Source: Balanoglossus misakiensis
Taxonomy: Eukaryota; Animalia; Hemichordata
Reading direction: 5' to 3'
NCBI GenBank assembly: GCA_040954595.2
Contig: CM082582.2
Coordinates: 4,138,303-4,202,302 of the forward strand
Length of the DNA: 64,000 nucleotides
Below the pieces are notes generated by a model. That model was not told the DNA's origin. It ran no database searches and saw nothing but the letters and a program-made list of their open reading frames with translations. The position numbers and the translations under genes are program-made. This document shows, one piece after another, positions 1 to 12,383 of the stretch. Position 1 is the stretch's first letter. Every line of letters begins with the position of its first letter.

Positions 1-3000
1 AGAAATATGGAAGTGTGAAATGAAGATTGACAACGTGATTGAATCAGCCTGCAACCATAATGGAGTGCAGCCCCGTGGGATGATGGACTTAGTGTTTTCT
101 CATTAAAGTGCATTATCATTTCTCGGCACAGAAATGAAGAATTACAGCTCTGTTGCTTGACAAGCATACTATCAAACACAATGTACTGGACAACATCTTC
201 CCTGTTCACAAATGAATAACCTGCTGCTTTCACCGAGTGACCGACAACACTTTTTTTTTTTAAATGAGCCAAAGTCTGCCAGATTCTGTTGCAAATCAAG
301 CCAACATTAGCTGTTACAGTGAAAACGCATTTATATCAGTGCGTATTCTGGAAGTTTAATCAGTTTCTAGCACACGAAGAAATCTGTTATATTTAAAAAA
401 ATAATTTGCGACTGGCAGCCGTGAACCTGAATGAAATTGATAAAACCTGTATGATTAACAAAAATACAGAGAAGGATGGCAGAAAGAATGAAATGATGTA
501 CTGTCTTGTGAGTGTGTAGGTGTTGAGATGTTTAATTCATTGCGTACTTTCCCCTTGACAGACACATATATGTAAATGAATGCAATCAAAGTTGACTGGG
601 CTATGATCAAGACACGTCTTTTCACTTCCCTCCACCATTATCTCATTAAAACTTCAAGACTGTGAGCGGCAACCAGTCTAACAAGTCTGTGTGGGTGAAG
701 CAAGTTAAAATCAGTAGATGAACTCCAGCTTGCTTTGCCCAAAGTCTGGCGTGTAATTCGACGTAGAATGCATAGTCATTTGGTTTTGCAGCTCCAGAAT
801 ACACAAGGGATTGATGACACGGCTGAATGGGTCTGAGACTATGCAATCTTTTTGATTAGAACAAGATAAGCACACCTGGTTCCACTAAAGCTTCTAATAA
901 TGCATGCACATATTAATATCCTAGAGTGCCCTCCACTGGGCTTTATCTGACTCTATTAACAGCAAGTTTGGAAGGAACATGGCCACCATACAAGCATCAT
1001 GCAGGCTTTCAAAATAAAACACATTTCCAGAATATTCTTTTCAACTTGAAATAAATTGACCGTACCCAATCAAAATTGTTTAAAAACTGTACAAAAAGTG
1101 AAATAATTTGACCATAGATGCTTGTTAAACATAAATTTTCTATAAGGTTTATAATACTCAATCGGCAAATTTTGTTGAGTTTCCATGCATGATGACAGAA
1201 ATTGATAGAAATGTTCTCTTTGCATATCCAGACTCTACTTCTTCATAAATATATGTATTACCCTGCGTATTTTCACTCAGAAAGTGGTTGCTTTCTGAGG
1301 CACAATGAATTTTCGGTGAAATTCTATCGTACGCCCCTTCTGACATAGAATTGTAAATACTTTACTTAATCCAGATTTCACCTTCTAAAAAGTGTCTTAC
1401 GGAGAAATGTCCAGAAATATATAATAATTCATTGAAGAAAAAGCAGCTTAGAGTTTTTGAAAGAGTCACGGTGGCCAGTGGCAGATTTCATTACTTTTGG
1501 GGAAATTTGTTAAAAATGTAAGTACGCATATTTTGGAAGGTTGTGACTTCGGGGCAGATGAAGAATGAATGTACAATGATGGTTATATTTTTTATGATGG
1601 AGCACTATGTTGAAGCAGTATCTATACCCCTGGAGGCAAGATTATGAATATCATGTTAACAGCTGACCTATTGCCATGGATACAGCTATATTTCATTTTA
1701 GTGAATTTTATTGGCATGTACGAATTACTAACCAAGGCAAGTTCTAAGTGAATTACTTTTCCCTTCTAAGATATTATCTAAGAGTATAAATTATTAAAAG
1801 TTGACTATTTTAGTTGAATATTTTAACAGAACGAGTGCTGGTTTTAAGTATGAGTACAGTTACTGTAGTAGAATTCAAATATCCAATCTGTACTCATATA
1901 TATTGACATTTCCACCACCAGGCCCACTCTGAAGATTGTATGCTACTTGAAATGCACCGAGAATTAATAAGCAAATGGAATTTCAACAGAGAAAGTAAAT
2001 AATACAATGATATTGATGTAATCTTATCCACAGCAAGAAATACAATTATAGGGTCGACGTTTGCATTTCGCTGCTAATGTTGTATTAACACAGCTGAAAT
2101 GTTGAGACACAAATGCGGTAACTTTGTGGTGGGCGCAAAAGGCCTGTGCAAATTATTTGAAACCTGATCGGCAATACAAATGAAATATGTACACTTGCAT
2201 GATATTGGGAAAACATTAGGTGACATTTCTGGAATGCTTGTCTTGGCGTGGAGTGTCTTGACACACGGCTATATTGGGCGCTGCCGAGAATATCTGAACT
2301 ACTGACATTCATCTTGAAATGAAACATTTGTCAAAGCGAACACGTGTATTCATCATTTTGAACAGATGGTGACACAATCATGGTTTTCTGACTTGGTATT
2401 CAACTGTTGATAAATGAAAGTTTTATATTTAGAAATTACTTTTCTTGTGATTTGGAATTTTGGTGAACCATGCTTTTGTACTGAAGGCATAATTAAAAGT
2501 GCTTGCTTAAATTTTACTGCTTTTTGCACAGTTTGGATGTTATGAAAAAGTGTGAAATGATGGGAAATTCCTCTAAGAACCAACAAAAGTCCATAATGAG
2601 AAGAGTCCAATCAGCAAACACAATTTTCTAATGGCTTGTTCAATTTTTCTCATGTTGACATCTGTTTTGACTCAGAGTAAATTCTGCCATGTGTGAGCAA
2701 TCTGGAAGAAGCTGGGCTATTTATTTTCAGGCGGAGAATTGTTAGTCTGAATAACAGCAAGTGTGATCCACATGTGTGAAATGTGCACATTCTCAGTGTG
2801 GACATTTTCAAATCAAACCAACCAACCAACAGTTCACAATTCTCTATTTTAAAATCGTCTGTGAAGAATTTGCGCAAAAGAAAAACAGAAAGACCTACAA
2901 GACACAGCAAAATATAGAACGTAGGAAAGATACACAAAATGTTAGTTTTCTGAAGAGCTAATCAAATTTCAACAATGCAAATATATCTCTTGAAAGTAAA

Positions 3001-5409
3001 ACCCAAGAATAATGTAGTCATCAAAACCAGGTATACACACCCATATCATAACAATATCCTCACATGAAGCAGCAAAAATCTTTTAGAGGATGTAATTTCA
3101 GAATAACACATTTATGTTGTGGATATGTTGAGAATGTATACAAATGACATTGACAAAATAAAAAAATTTCTACAGGCAGAAAGTGATTTGTGACAGAAGT
3201 TTATTTTAACTTTTTTCACAATGAGTCATTTTTTGAGACCACCTTAATAATGCTTTCGACGATTATAAACTTTCTAATTTCATAGAATTTGCAGGCTTTG
3301 GGATTGACAGGTGAATGGAAGCAGTGAGAGAGTTCAGTAGAAACAAACAATTGACCATTTTTTTCTGGTAGAACGCTCAACAAGCTTTGACTTTGTTTTC
3401 TAGTCATGTTGTACACCATTGCTATGATGATTGTGTATATGATTCATGAGATCCATTTCCACATCAATAAAACTTGGGACAATCAAACATGTTTCTGTCA
3501 ACAGGGTTTGGGGGTTAAAATCTAAGTTTTCTCCTTCCATCTTTTTTCTCATAAATATGACTGTTTGTTATTTTGGATAATATAATTTATTTTTGTATCG
3601 ATAGTGTGCGATTTTTCATTCAGGCAAACCATACAAGTGTCCAAGTCAATCCTTCAGACTATTGAGGTATGCATGGACTTTGAAATGAACAATAAATCCA
3701 GATACATTGACATTTAATAGTATAGGCCCATCAAACCCAAGGATTCAGTTGAAGAGACTGTGTCCATAACTCTTGCAAATGTACCCATTTTAGTTGTTCA
3801 TTCAGGATGCATCAAACAGGACCATGAAGGAAGTCCATATCTGGAAGTCCTTGCGGTGATAAAAATGCATTCAACTGAAATTATGTGAGGCTGTTGATAT
3901 AGTATGTACTATACAGTATACTGGTATTTAAAAAACATATGAGTTGAAATATCCATTTTATGTGTATGTCATTGTTTATAGTGTAAACACTATCTAATGT
4001 CTTCTCATAGAATTGGATATTGCAATAAGTCTTCATTATTTATAAGTTAAATATCATGCATGATTTGTTTTAGCTTTTTAAGGCATAGTGGGATATGTGT
4101 TGATAATATGATACTCTTTCAGCTAACTGTACTTACAATTTTATGTTGGATTAAGTATTTATCAATACCACCAACTTTGTTGTTTACTTTCTATGGTTTT
4201 TGTCAGTATTGTTCAGATGTGATGATCTGACAGGCAATTGATTACGACTGTCATGCATATTTTAGAGTTTTGCCAGAAAGATATACCGGTAGAATGTATG
4301 ACAGCTTATGTGTGATATACATGTACTCAGGGATAATGATGAAAATATTCGCATGTCAACAAGATAACCAACACCAGTGTTTTCATTGTAACATATCCAA
4401 TTTATTTGATGTTTATAAAGTGTTCGGTTTAAATACAGATAGGCAGAGTACATGAAAGCTAAAATTGAACTCGCATGATTGGAAAGTTTGAGATAGGGAG
4501 AGATGCCAAGACACATACTTCATTCTCGATAACAAGTAGCAAGTGATGATGTACAAACCTACACTGACTTAGCCAAGTTTGTAAAATTTTAAGATAATCT
4601 TGGGGAATGACATTGTATGTGGCGTTCACACAAGGACCATTGAAACGTTTCTGAAACGTCTCAGCTCAAATTCCGGCCTAAAATATTACATGTGAATGGT
4701 TCAGTTTATCCTAGAATGTTTCAAATTTGAGACGGTTTTGCCGGCCAGACCTGAGCCAGTGTAGGGATTAACACCTATCCGAACACACTGAGCCATGTGA
4801 ACTTTCTGTGTGAGGACACAACGCGACTGGAAAGATTAATCCTCCATGTTTACAAATGGCAAATAGTTTCTCTGAAACGTTTCCTGTTTTACCCAGGGTG
4901 AACATGATATTAAACAGGAGAAGGAAGAAAACATAGAACCTTGTCTTCATGGGCCATTTAGATGTTAGATTATAAGATGCTGTTCACTGGAAGCACATTG
5001 ATGGGCACCGTATGTCTGATAGGGACCATGTGAATCGGAGGAAACTTTGAAGGGAGTCTGAGAAACTCATTACTGGATTTGATTGCTACCATATGGAGCT
5101 GTAAGACCCTTCAAGTGGGGAGAGAAATAAACATTGTGCAATATGGAAATAATTGACTCCTGAGACAAAAGTGCAATCAGTGTTGGGGGAACACCCAGGG
5201 AGTTGATGGTTCTTGTAACTTCCAGATAAGGGTCTATTCTCAGAACTCCAACTGTCCTCATTCAGGTGACTGTAGTAACAGCATATCCACTGTATTAAGA
5301 GTTGTGTCTTGAAATGATCGGGCACTTCCTGGATATCTTAAAAAAAATGTTGTATAGAACCAAAACATACATGTAGCATTGTGAGTGAGAGCCCTGATTA
5401 TAATGAAGA

Positions 5410-5590
5410 TACTGTAAAACGAGTTATTTTCGCAATATCAAACGAGGCAACTGTTATGCGAGGATTAATTTTTGCATTCTCGTTTTTCACTAACTGCATA
5501 GTTATCTCTAAAAAAAAATTACGCAACTTTTTATTTTTACATTTTTCTTGCTCTCGCGTATTTCACGAAAATTTATTGCTCGAAAAAATT
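5410..5590. mobile_element. TA-flanked MITE with TTTTCGCG-type sub-repeats (Tc1/mariner-like), copy 1
   Basis: Starts ta|ctgtaaaac; the interior is the reverse complement of 18142-18349, visible even in the spurious translations (LIFAFS...SRVF.ENLLL in both). Confidence 0.7.
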
Positions 5591-8092
5591 TTTCATCATA
5601 GAAAAAGTGTTCATTGAACAGGTGACTACTTATTGGCATAACAAAAATAGGACATACTTTGGAGCTGGAGTAGTGAAATGTGGCACGCATTCTCTGAGAA
5701 CAAGTTGTGTTAACTGGGAACAGCTGCGTTATCCCATACAGTAAATTTAGAGAAAATTAGTGTTTGCTAAATCACTTAGAGAAGAGGTTCCTGCCATAAA
5801 ATGAAATGTTACTTTGGAATCTGCAAGTTGAGGGAAGGGGGGGGGGGGGGGTGTGATTATAGTGCAAGCATGCGCTGTGTGTCATCCGAACTGTCAAGAT
5901 ATCGCAAATACACTGCATAGCATAACAGAGCCACATTGTTTCCATTAAAATCTGTCTGCAATGCTGAATGCTTGCTGCTGTCCTGCACATCACTTGTCTC
6001 TGACCACTAGTACACCAACCATTAACATGTGATTAAGATTTCTCTTGAACCGGTGCCAAGCCAGATAGGCACATTCTTGACATAGCCATGTGGTGGCAAT
6101 CTGTGATCTCCGGCAAAATATGTCTGTCTGGCACATTACTGGCAAGCCTGTATATATGCGGAGGTCTGATCTCAAGGCCAACTGTGTGATGGTAAAGTGA
6201 GGACATATGACAGTGGGATGGCAGGACGCACAAACTATTGACATGTGTTTTAAACATTGGCCCACCAAGTTAATTGACCCGCCAACTCATGTATCATCAT
6301 TGGAAACCTATCTTGCTTAGCCTTAAAAGGGAAGTGGTCGACTTGTCTTGTTTAATAAGCAGCGAAATGCCGATTTTACATTTTGGAATGTGACATGGGG
6401 TTGAAAATATGCCCAGAAATGTTATTGAAGACACTTTACATGTTATTTCTGCAATCAAATATTTCCATTCGAGTGGAATGTCGCATGGTGATAATATTTT
6501 GACATATTTTTTGTTTTCTCAAATCAGAAGTGATGTAATCTGTTCATAGAATGACTCATTACAATTATTAAAAACACATTTTTGCCCTCACCAGCGAGAA
6601 CAATTATCTGTCTCTTCAACATATAAAAGTAAAAATTCTGTTCAGAATGTAACATTAGAATGGTGAATCTGAACACTTTCAGTTATTTTTATGTGTTTAT
6701 TTAAGGTTTATTATAAAAAGTTTTGCTGCATAGCTCACTGAAAAAGTATTTAGTCATATAATACTTTATACAAACTGAGTGATCTCCCCTTTTTTCCCAG
6801 CGAGCTGTGTTCACAGCCTTTTGTTCACATGAATACTGCGTCGAAGCTGAAGGAATGACCAATGGGAGTGCAGGGTCATAGTGTACATGCAAAACGGTCA
6901 TCTGAATCTAATCGCTTAAGTCCAAATAACAAAACAAAACAACACCTGTGTATAATGATGTGGTCACAGATGCCCCGGTCATTATGCAGCGTAGTTACAA
7001 TTACCGAGATGAAAAAATGTCCAACTGCCACCATCATATGACTGAAATATGACGAGGGATTACTTGCATTAGTGCAGTCTTGGCCATATGTTACCCTATG
7101 ACAAATAAAGAAACTAAGGGACAGAAACTGGGATTAAGAGAAAGCTGTTAAACTCTATGGTGTAAGTCCAACGTGGCTTCTAATATTTTTTGCCTGGACG
7201 GGTTGACAAAGACAGGTTAGATATTGGTGTTTGATTTCTGTAAAACAGAAAAGAAACTTTATAAAGTTAACTGTATTTATTGAAACACTGGCTGTGTTGG
7301 GAAATGTAAATAATAACTGTGATTACATTATACATCCCGACATTGTAATAAATTGTCATTAAATTGTCCTAGATAAAGTTGGATTTAAATTTTTATCATT
7401 TTGCAATCACAGCTATTAACCCAGAATCATTTTGGCAGTTTATCAGAGCAATGCTGAAATGAATAAACATTATTGTGTCAGGATATACATTTTATACTCA
7501 AATGAGTGTTTCATGAACAATGCCTGACTTTATTGCTGTCCTATCAAGGATGGCATCAACAGGGGGAGGGTTGGGGGGGGGGGGGAGGGTTGTCCCCCGT
7601 TTGCCAGAATAGTTGAGGGGATATCACTCAGGCAAAGGGGACTGGGAGTGACATCATTGCAAAGGACCCTGCACAGCATGTTAGATGAGTTATGCGAGAC
7701 AATTTTCCCCCTACCCACCACGCAGTGAGTGAGCTACTTTTACACACACTTGTGTCCTGTCGGACTCTGCAAACAACCCTGTCACTGACACTTTGTGTTT
7801 TTGGGTATCATTGCAATTTGCCACACACAGCTTCTCTTGTGTGTTGAAGGTTTACTCAACCTAGTGGTTGTTCATGGCCAATCAATCAACTAACCAAGCA
7901 ACCAAATAATCAGTCAGTCAGCTGACCATCCAGCGGTGACTTTATACCCGCTTATTTATTCACAACTTGTTTTTCTCATTCTCTCACTTGGTCAAATCCA
8001 ATCAGATCTCCAATTTTATTATAATATGACCAGTGAATCTGCAATGTGACCGTGTTTTTGAACGTTGGCAAATCTGTAATCAGTAGATCTGT

Positions 8093-8242
8093 TTGTCAAT
8101 CAATCAATCAGTCTATCATTCAATCAATCAATCAATCAGTCAGTCAGTCAGTCAATCGATCAATCGATCAATCAATCAATCAATCTATCATTCATTCACT
8201 CAATCAGTCAGTCAAGCAATCAATCAATCAATCAATCAAACC

Positions 8243-8278
<36 letters not shown>

Positions 8279-8412
8279 GTCAGTCAGTCAGTCAGTCAGT
8301 CAGTCAGTCAGTCAATCATTCAATCAATCAATCAATCAACCAACCAACCAATCAATCTATCATTCATTCAATCAATCTGTCGGTCAGTCAAGCAATCAAT
8401 CAATCAAACCTG
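8093..8412. repeat. Compound (ATCA)n/(GTCA)n microsatellite
   Basis: About 320 bp of tcaa/tcag/tcat units; source of the spurious QSINQS ORFs. Confidence 0.97.
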
Positions 8413-11400
8413 CAGTAAATTAATCCCAATAAAAAATTCCATTGTAAAATATTTATAACCTGGATTGAATTTTCTGGGATAAACATGATAACTTGTTATC
8501 CAGTTCTTCTCTTTCTCTGCGTTTAATCATTCATGAATATTTGATGCCGATTCTTGACAAAGCTTTTCAATAAGTAGTAATGACTAATGTATAGTTTTTC
8601 TGGTCCCCGATGAAAATTTGCCCAGATGAGACATAATTTATGAATGAAGCAAAGCATGAAGTTTTCTTGATAGAAGTCATAATGAAGCCATATTTTCTAC
8701 TTGACGGTCACAGAGCATGTCAGCAAATCTCTGAGGTGTTTATACTCTTGAGGAAGCTGAGCCAGTGTGCATTAAATAATGCACATATATCATCATGTGC
8801 TAAGAATTAGAAATGAAGGGAAGGACAAGGGAATGACCTGTCTCAGGTGTTTCATCATGTTTCTTCCTCTCTTTGAAATCAATGAAAGTATTCGGGTGCT
8901 GTCAGTAGAAAAAATGAGTTCAGTTTCAAAACACTTTCTCGGTTATTTTAGTATGTTACTTATTGTTTAAACAAATAACCAAAAAAGACACCAAACAGCC
9001 GTAAGAAGATTCATGAAGCATTTGTGTTTACTAAAGTGGATACTGATGTTTTTAATGAATGTGATGTGAATGTGGTAGTCTATGTGAGTTGATTTCCCTT
9101 TTAACCATTTTTGACTAAAACTGACAGAGCTTTTAGCAGAAAAAGGAATAGAGTTGCTTTAACAGTGTAGACGTTCTGTTTTCCATTAAAATTTTAATTT
9201 GTATCTTGTATTTTTATCATAGAATTTTAGTTTCTAATTTAGTAATGGTTTCCATATGACCATGAAAATGTGGTTAATTACAATTAAAGTAAATGCATGG
9301 TAGTTCGCCATGTTGGTAGGATATGGTCAGAAAAGATCAGCTATGCATTTGCACATTGATAGCCATGCATTATTGATTTTGGTATCAAATATAAAATCGA
9401 CAGTTGTCAGAAATTGAATACTTTGTTTTTATTGATTATTGTTGCTGTTGATGCTCATAGCTTTTCAAATCTAAATTTTGAAATTTATAATTTTGATTGT
9501 AATACTACATATCTTAGTTAAACTTAAAGATTCTAGTAGAAATGTTGGGTAATTATGCTCATAAAATAAATTAATTGTTCTGCCAAGGTAGTGGTTTCCA
9601 GGGATATATTTTTGTCATCTAATGACAAGTGTATGAAAAGTTATGATGCCAGATATTATAGCTAAATGCGACTTGCAAACCAAGTAATCAACAACACTTT
9701 CAAATATGATGTTACATATTGAAACCATATAATATGCAAGATCTTCTAGTGTTCTTCACTTGAAATAAGATGATTCAAAGTGTAATTTTGTCATATACTG
9801 AATGGTCATTCAATGTGAAACCATCTGTCTGAAGTATTACACGACATTCCCTTTGTGTGTGATCACTCACAGTAATTATAGCCCCAATACTTGCCACTTT
9901 TAGTATATAGTCTGGATATGTTGGAAATGATTTACATAATCTTACGGTGTTAATGTTATGGGATTGTTAAGATGAAAGAAAATAAATGAGGCATGCTGCA
10001 GTTTGTATGGCAAATTTTATAAACATTTGAATTAGCAGCATCTTAAATTAGCGAATTTACACACCAGCTGAATTAACTAAAATAACATGCTAGCTGAAAA
10101 GACATTTTTACAGTAATATGATCAGTTTAGCCACTTTTATTTATCATTTGAACAATTTGAGTCTGGCCACTTCAAAAAGTAACTATATAAGTGAACGGTT
10201 AACGCGTTTCAGATGAACTAAGGAGTAAGAGAGTAGACGGCAGAAGTTATTGTTTCTAAAAAGTGAAAATTAATAGTTAAAGTTAATATGATTATTTGTT
10301 CGGTTTGAATATCAGATATCCTCCCTGTTTGTTTCGTTTGAATTTTGTAAATTATTCTGTTTGATTGGAATATCTATCAAATTTATTTTAATTTTGTGGC
10401 TGTTGTGATATTAGTCTGTATAAATGTAGTGGTCTATAGTGGTAGAGAGAATGTCCCAAATGTGGCAGGTTGGATTGCCAGTAATGTCATGCATGTCAGA
10501 AGGGGGCTTTTTTTTACAGTTCCATCTGTTGGCGGATTTCACTGTTTTTGTGTACAGTTATCTTTATCGCCATAATAATTTTTGATGCTTCGGATAATAG
10601 TAATCGGGGTGGGACAGACTAAGTCCTTTTCTTGGAGAAGGGAAATGCATGCTGCAGACGTCAATCATTGTAAATACTGTGTCAGCTGTGTGCATTGTTG
10701 CAGCATGTTTTTAAAATGACTTACAATGTGTTACACACACGTGTGCCCAACAGCTTATGTATATGTATAATGCCTATTTGTACATGTTCTGCTATCGGTC
10801 TTCTGTCAAAAGGGGGGCGGGTTTAATCCGGGGCCCTGCACACTGGATGGAACAGCCCCTGGAGTGACCAGAGATACATCACTGACTGTGGAGGTTAACA
10901 AAAGGCAGTCATGTTTATTGATGCTTCCCATTATATGCTTTTGTAACGGGTGGCTAAAATAATCTATACCCTGGTTTGTTTACAATGCAGTTTTTACCCT
11001 GAACTTGTTATGCTTAGTCAAGTCACCTCATAGCGCCTGCCTGGCTGCATGGCCATCTCTACCTGTATCATATAGGCATTCCGAACTTGATAAGTTCGTG
11101 ACATTCACATGAATCAAATTTTTTCTTCTGCTTGGAATTCCGGTATTTTTTGCATAACATACACACGAGGCTAAGTCGACGATGGCAGACCGTCTTACCT
11201 CGATTATGTAATTTATGGCGTCTCCTGCAGCAGATTGCGAATAAGTATCGCAGACTGGGAAATCAATTCATTTTATATTAATGACTTTTCTATAGAGGAT
11301 AGTGGCTGACAGCTTGAACATATGTGGCCTAGTCCATTGCTAGTTGCTTATCGCCACTTACCCAGGGAGGCTGGCTAATGTGATCATTACTGATGTGTAC

Positions 11401-11479
11401 ATGTGCATTTCTGAATGAGCAGATGATGGCCTCTAACTGTGTCACCAACATGCTACGCGTCTAGTGTGCTGTGATTCAG

Positions 11480-12151
11480 GCATTGCATATTCTGAAAACC
11501 CACGGCCGGCGTCCGGGAGAAATACCTTCTCTTATCCTTGGCATTGGTTGTGTACCGTACTTGCTGCCGTTGTCATTCTGCCTGTCGTGTCCGTGTCCCG
11601 TGTCGTGGGAAAATTGTCACCAGACAACCAATAGCGATTGGTGTATGTATACTCCGCCAGCAGTGTTTATAGATTTTATCTGCTTTTTACAACATTGAGT
11701 GATGTCTGCATGCTGCTGCCTTGTAGTCCAGTAAACTCAGAGCTACTACACATTTGCCACTGTACGGATAATACACTCACCGGCTGCCCGCATCCAGCTC
11801 TGCTGTAGTTAAGAAGATACAGAGGTTTTACGCTTAATACTGACATATACTGTCTCAATCTGTAACCAAGGTGCCATAAATTTCACTGTGCTTTGAAAAC
11901 AGTGCATGTTTGGATTGCCTTTGCTGTGACTCTGTCGTACACCAGCGTTTCCTGGAAGTCCAGTGTGCTGATCGAGAAAAATATCTACAACTGTTTATAA
12001 TTTGGACTGAGTGAGTGACACTGCAACACACACACACTGGGAAGAGAACAGTGATACTTATGTGCCCTGGTGCGTTCTGTGTTCCGTGTTGTCTTTCTTC
12101 GCCTTGACAATCCCCCCCACTTGATGGTACGTTGTGTGTTTTGTAAACGCA
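11480..12151 (+). promoter_or_regulatory. Candidate promoter / 5' UTR region of the distal first exon
   Basis: CpG content raised over the flanks, inverted CCAAT pair (11628-11632 and 11637-11641), CSL-type CGTGGGAA at 11604-11611, directly upstream of ATG 12152. Confidence 0.35.
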
Positions 12152-12383
12152 ATGAGAAAGACTTCTGCGAATAGTAACCCCCGTCTTTCCACTGCCACTT
12201 TGAGCACAGGCAAGAGCAGTATGGAACAAGATGTCAGCAACAACAATAACAGTACTTCGTCAGTTGCAAGCACAGAGTACGAGCGCAAGCCATTGACCCT
12301 TTCCAAATTGATGCAAGCACATCCACACCACAACACTGGACACTACCAAGGTGCTTTCAGCTTAGAGTATCATAGACCAAAAC
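12152..12383 (+). CDS. RUNX1T1: Candidate distal first coding exon (1a): [12 protein letters not shown]...[11 protein letters not shown]
   Basis: ATG at 12152 opens a Ser/Thr/Asn-rich frame ending at donor AAC|GTAAGC (intron from 12384). Length 232 nt is phase 1, matching the phase-1 acceptor at 41758. No homology support. Confidence 0.6.

Noticed and set aside
4621-4905. Possible Harbinger-like MITE (ggcgttcacac...gtgaac)
   Set aside because: The ends are too degenerate to define a TIR pair or TSD.
8046-8458. 125-aa and 121-aa QSINQS ORFs
   Set aside because: Translations of a stop-free tetranucleotide microsatellite.
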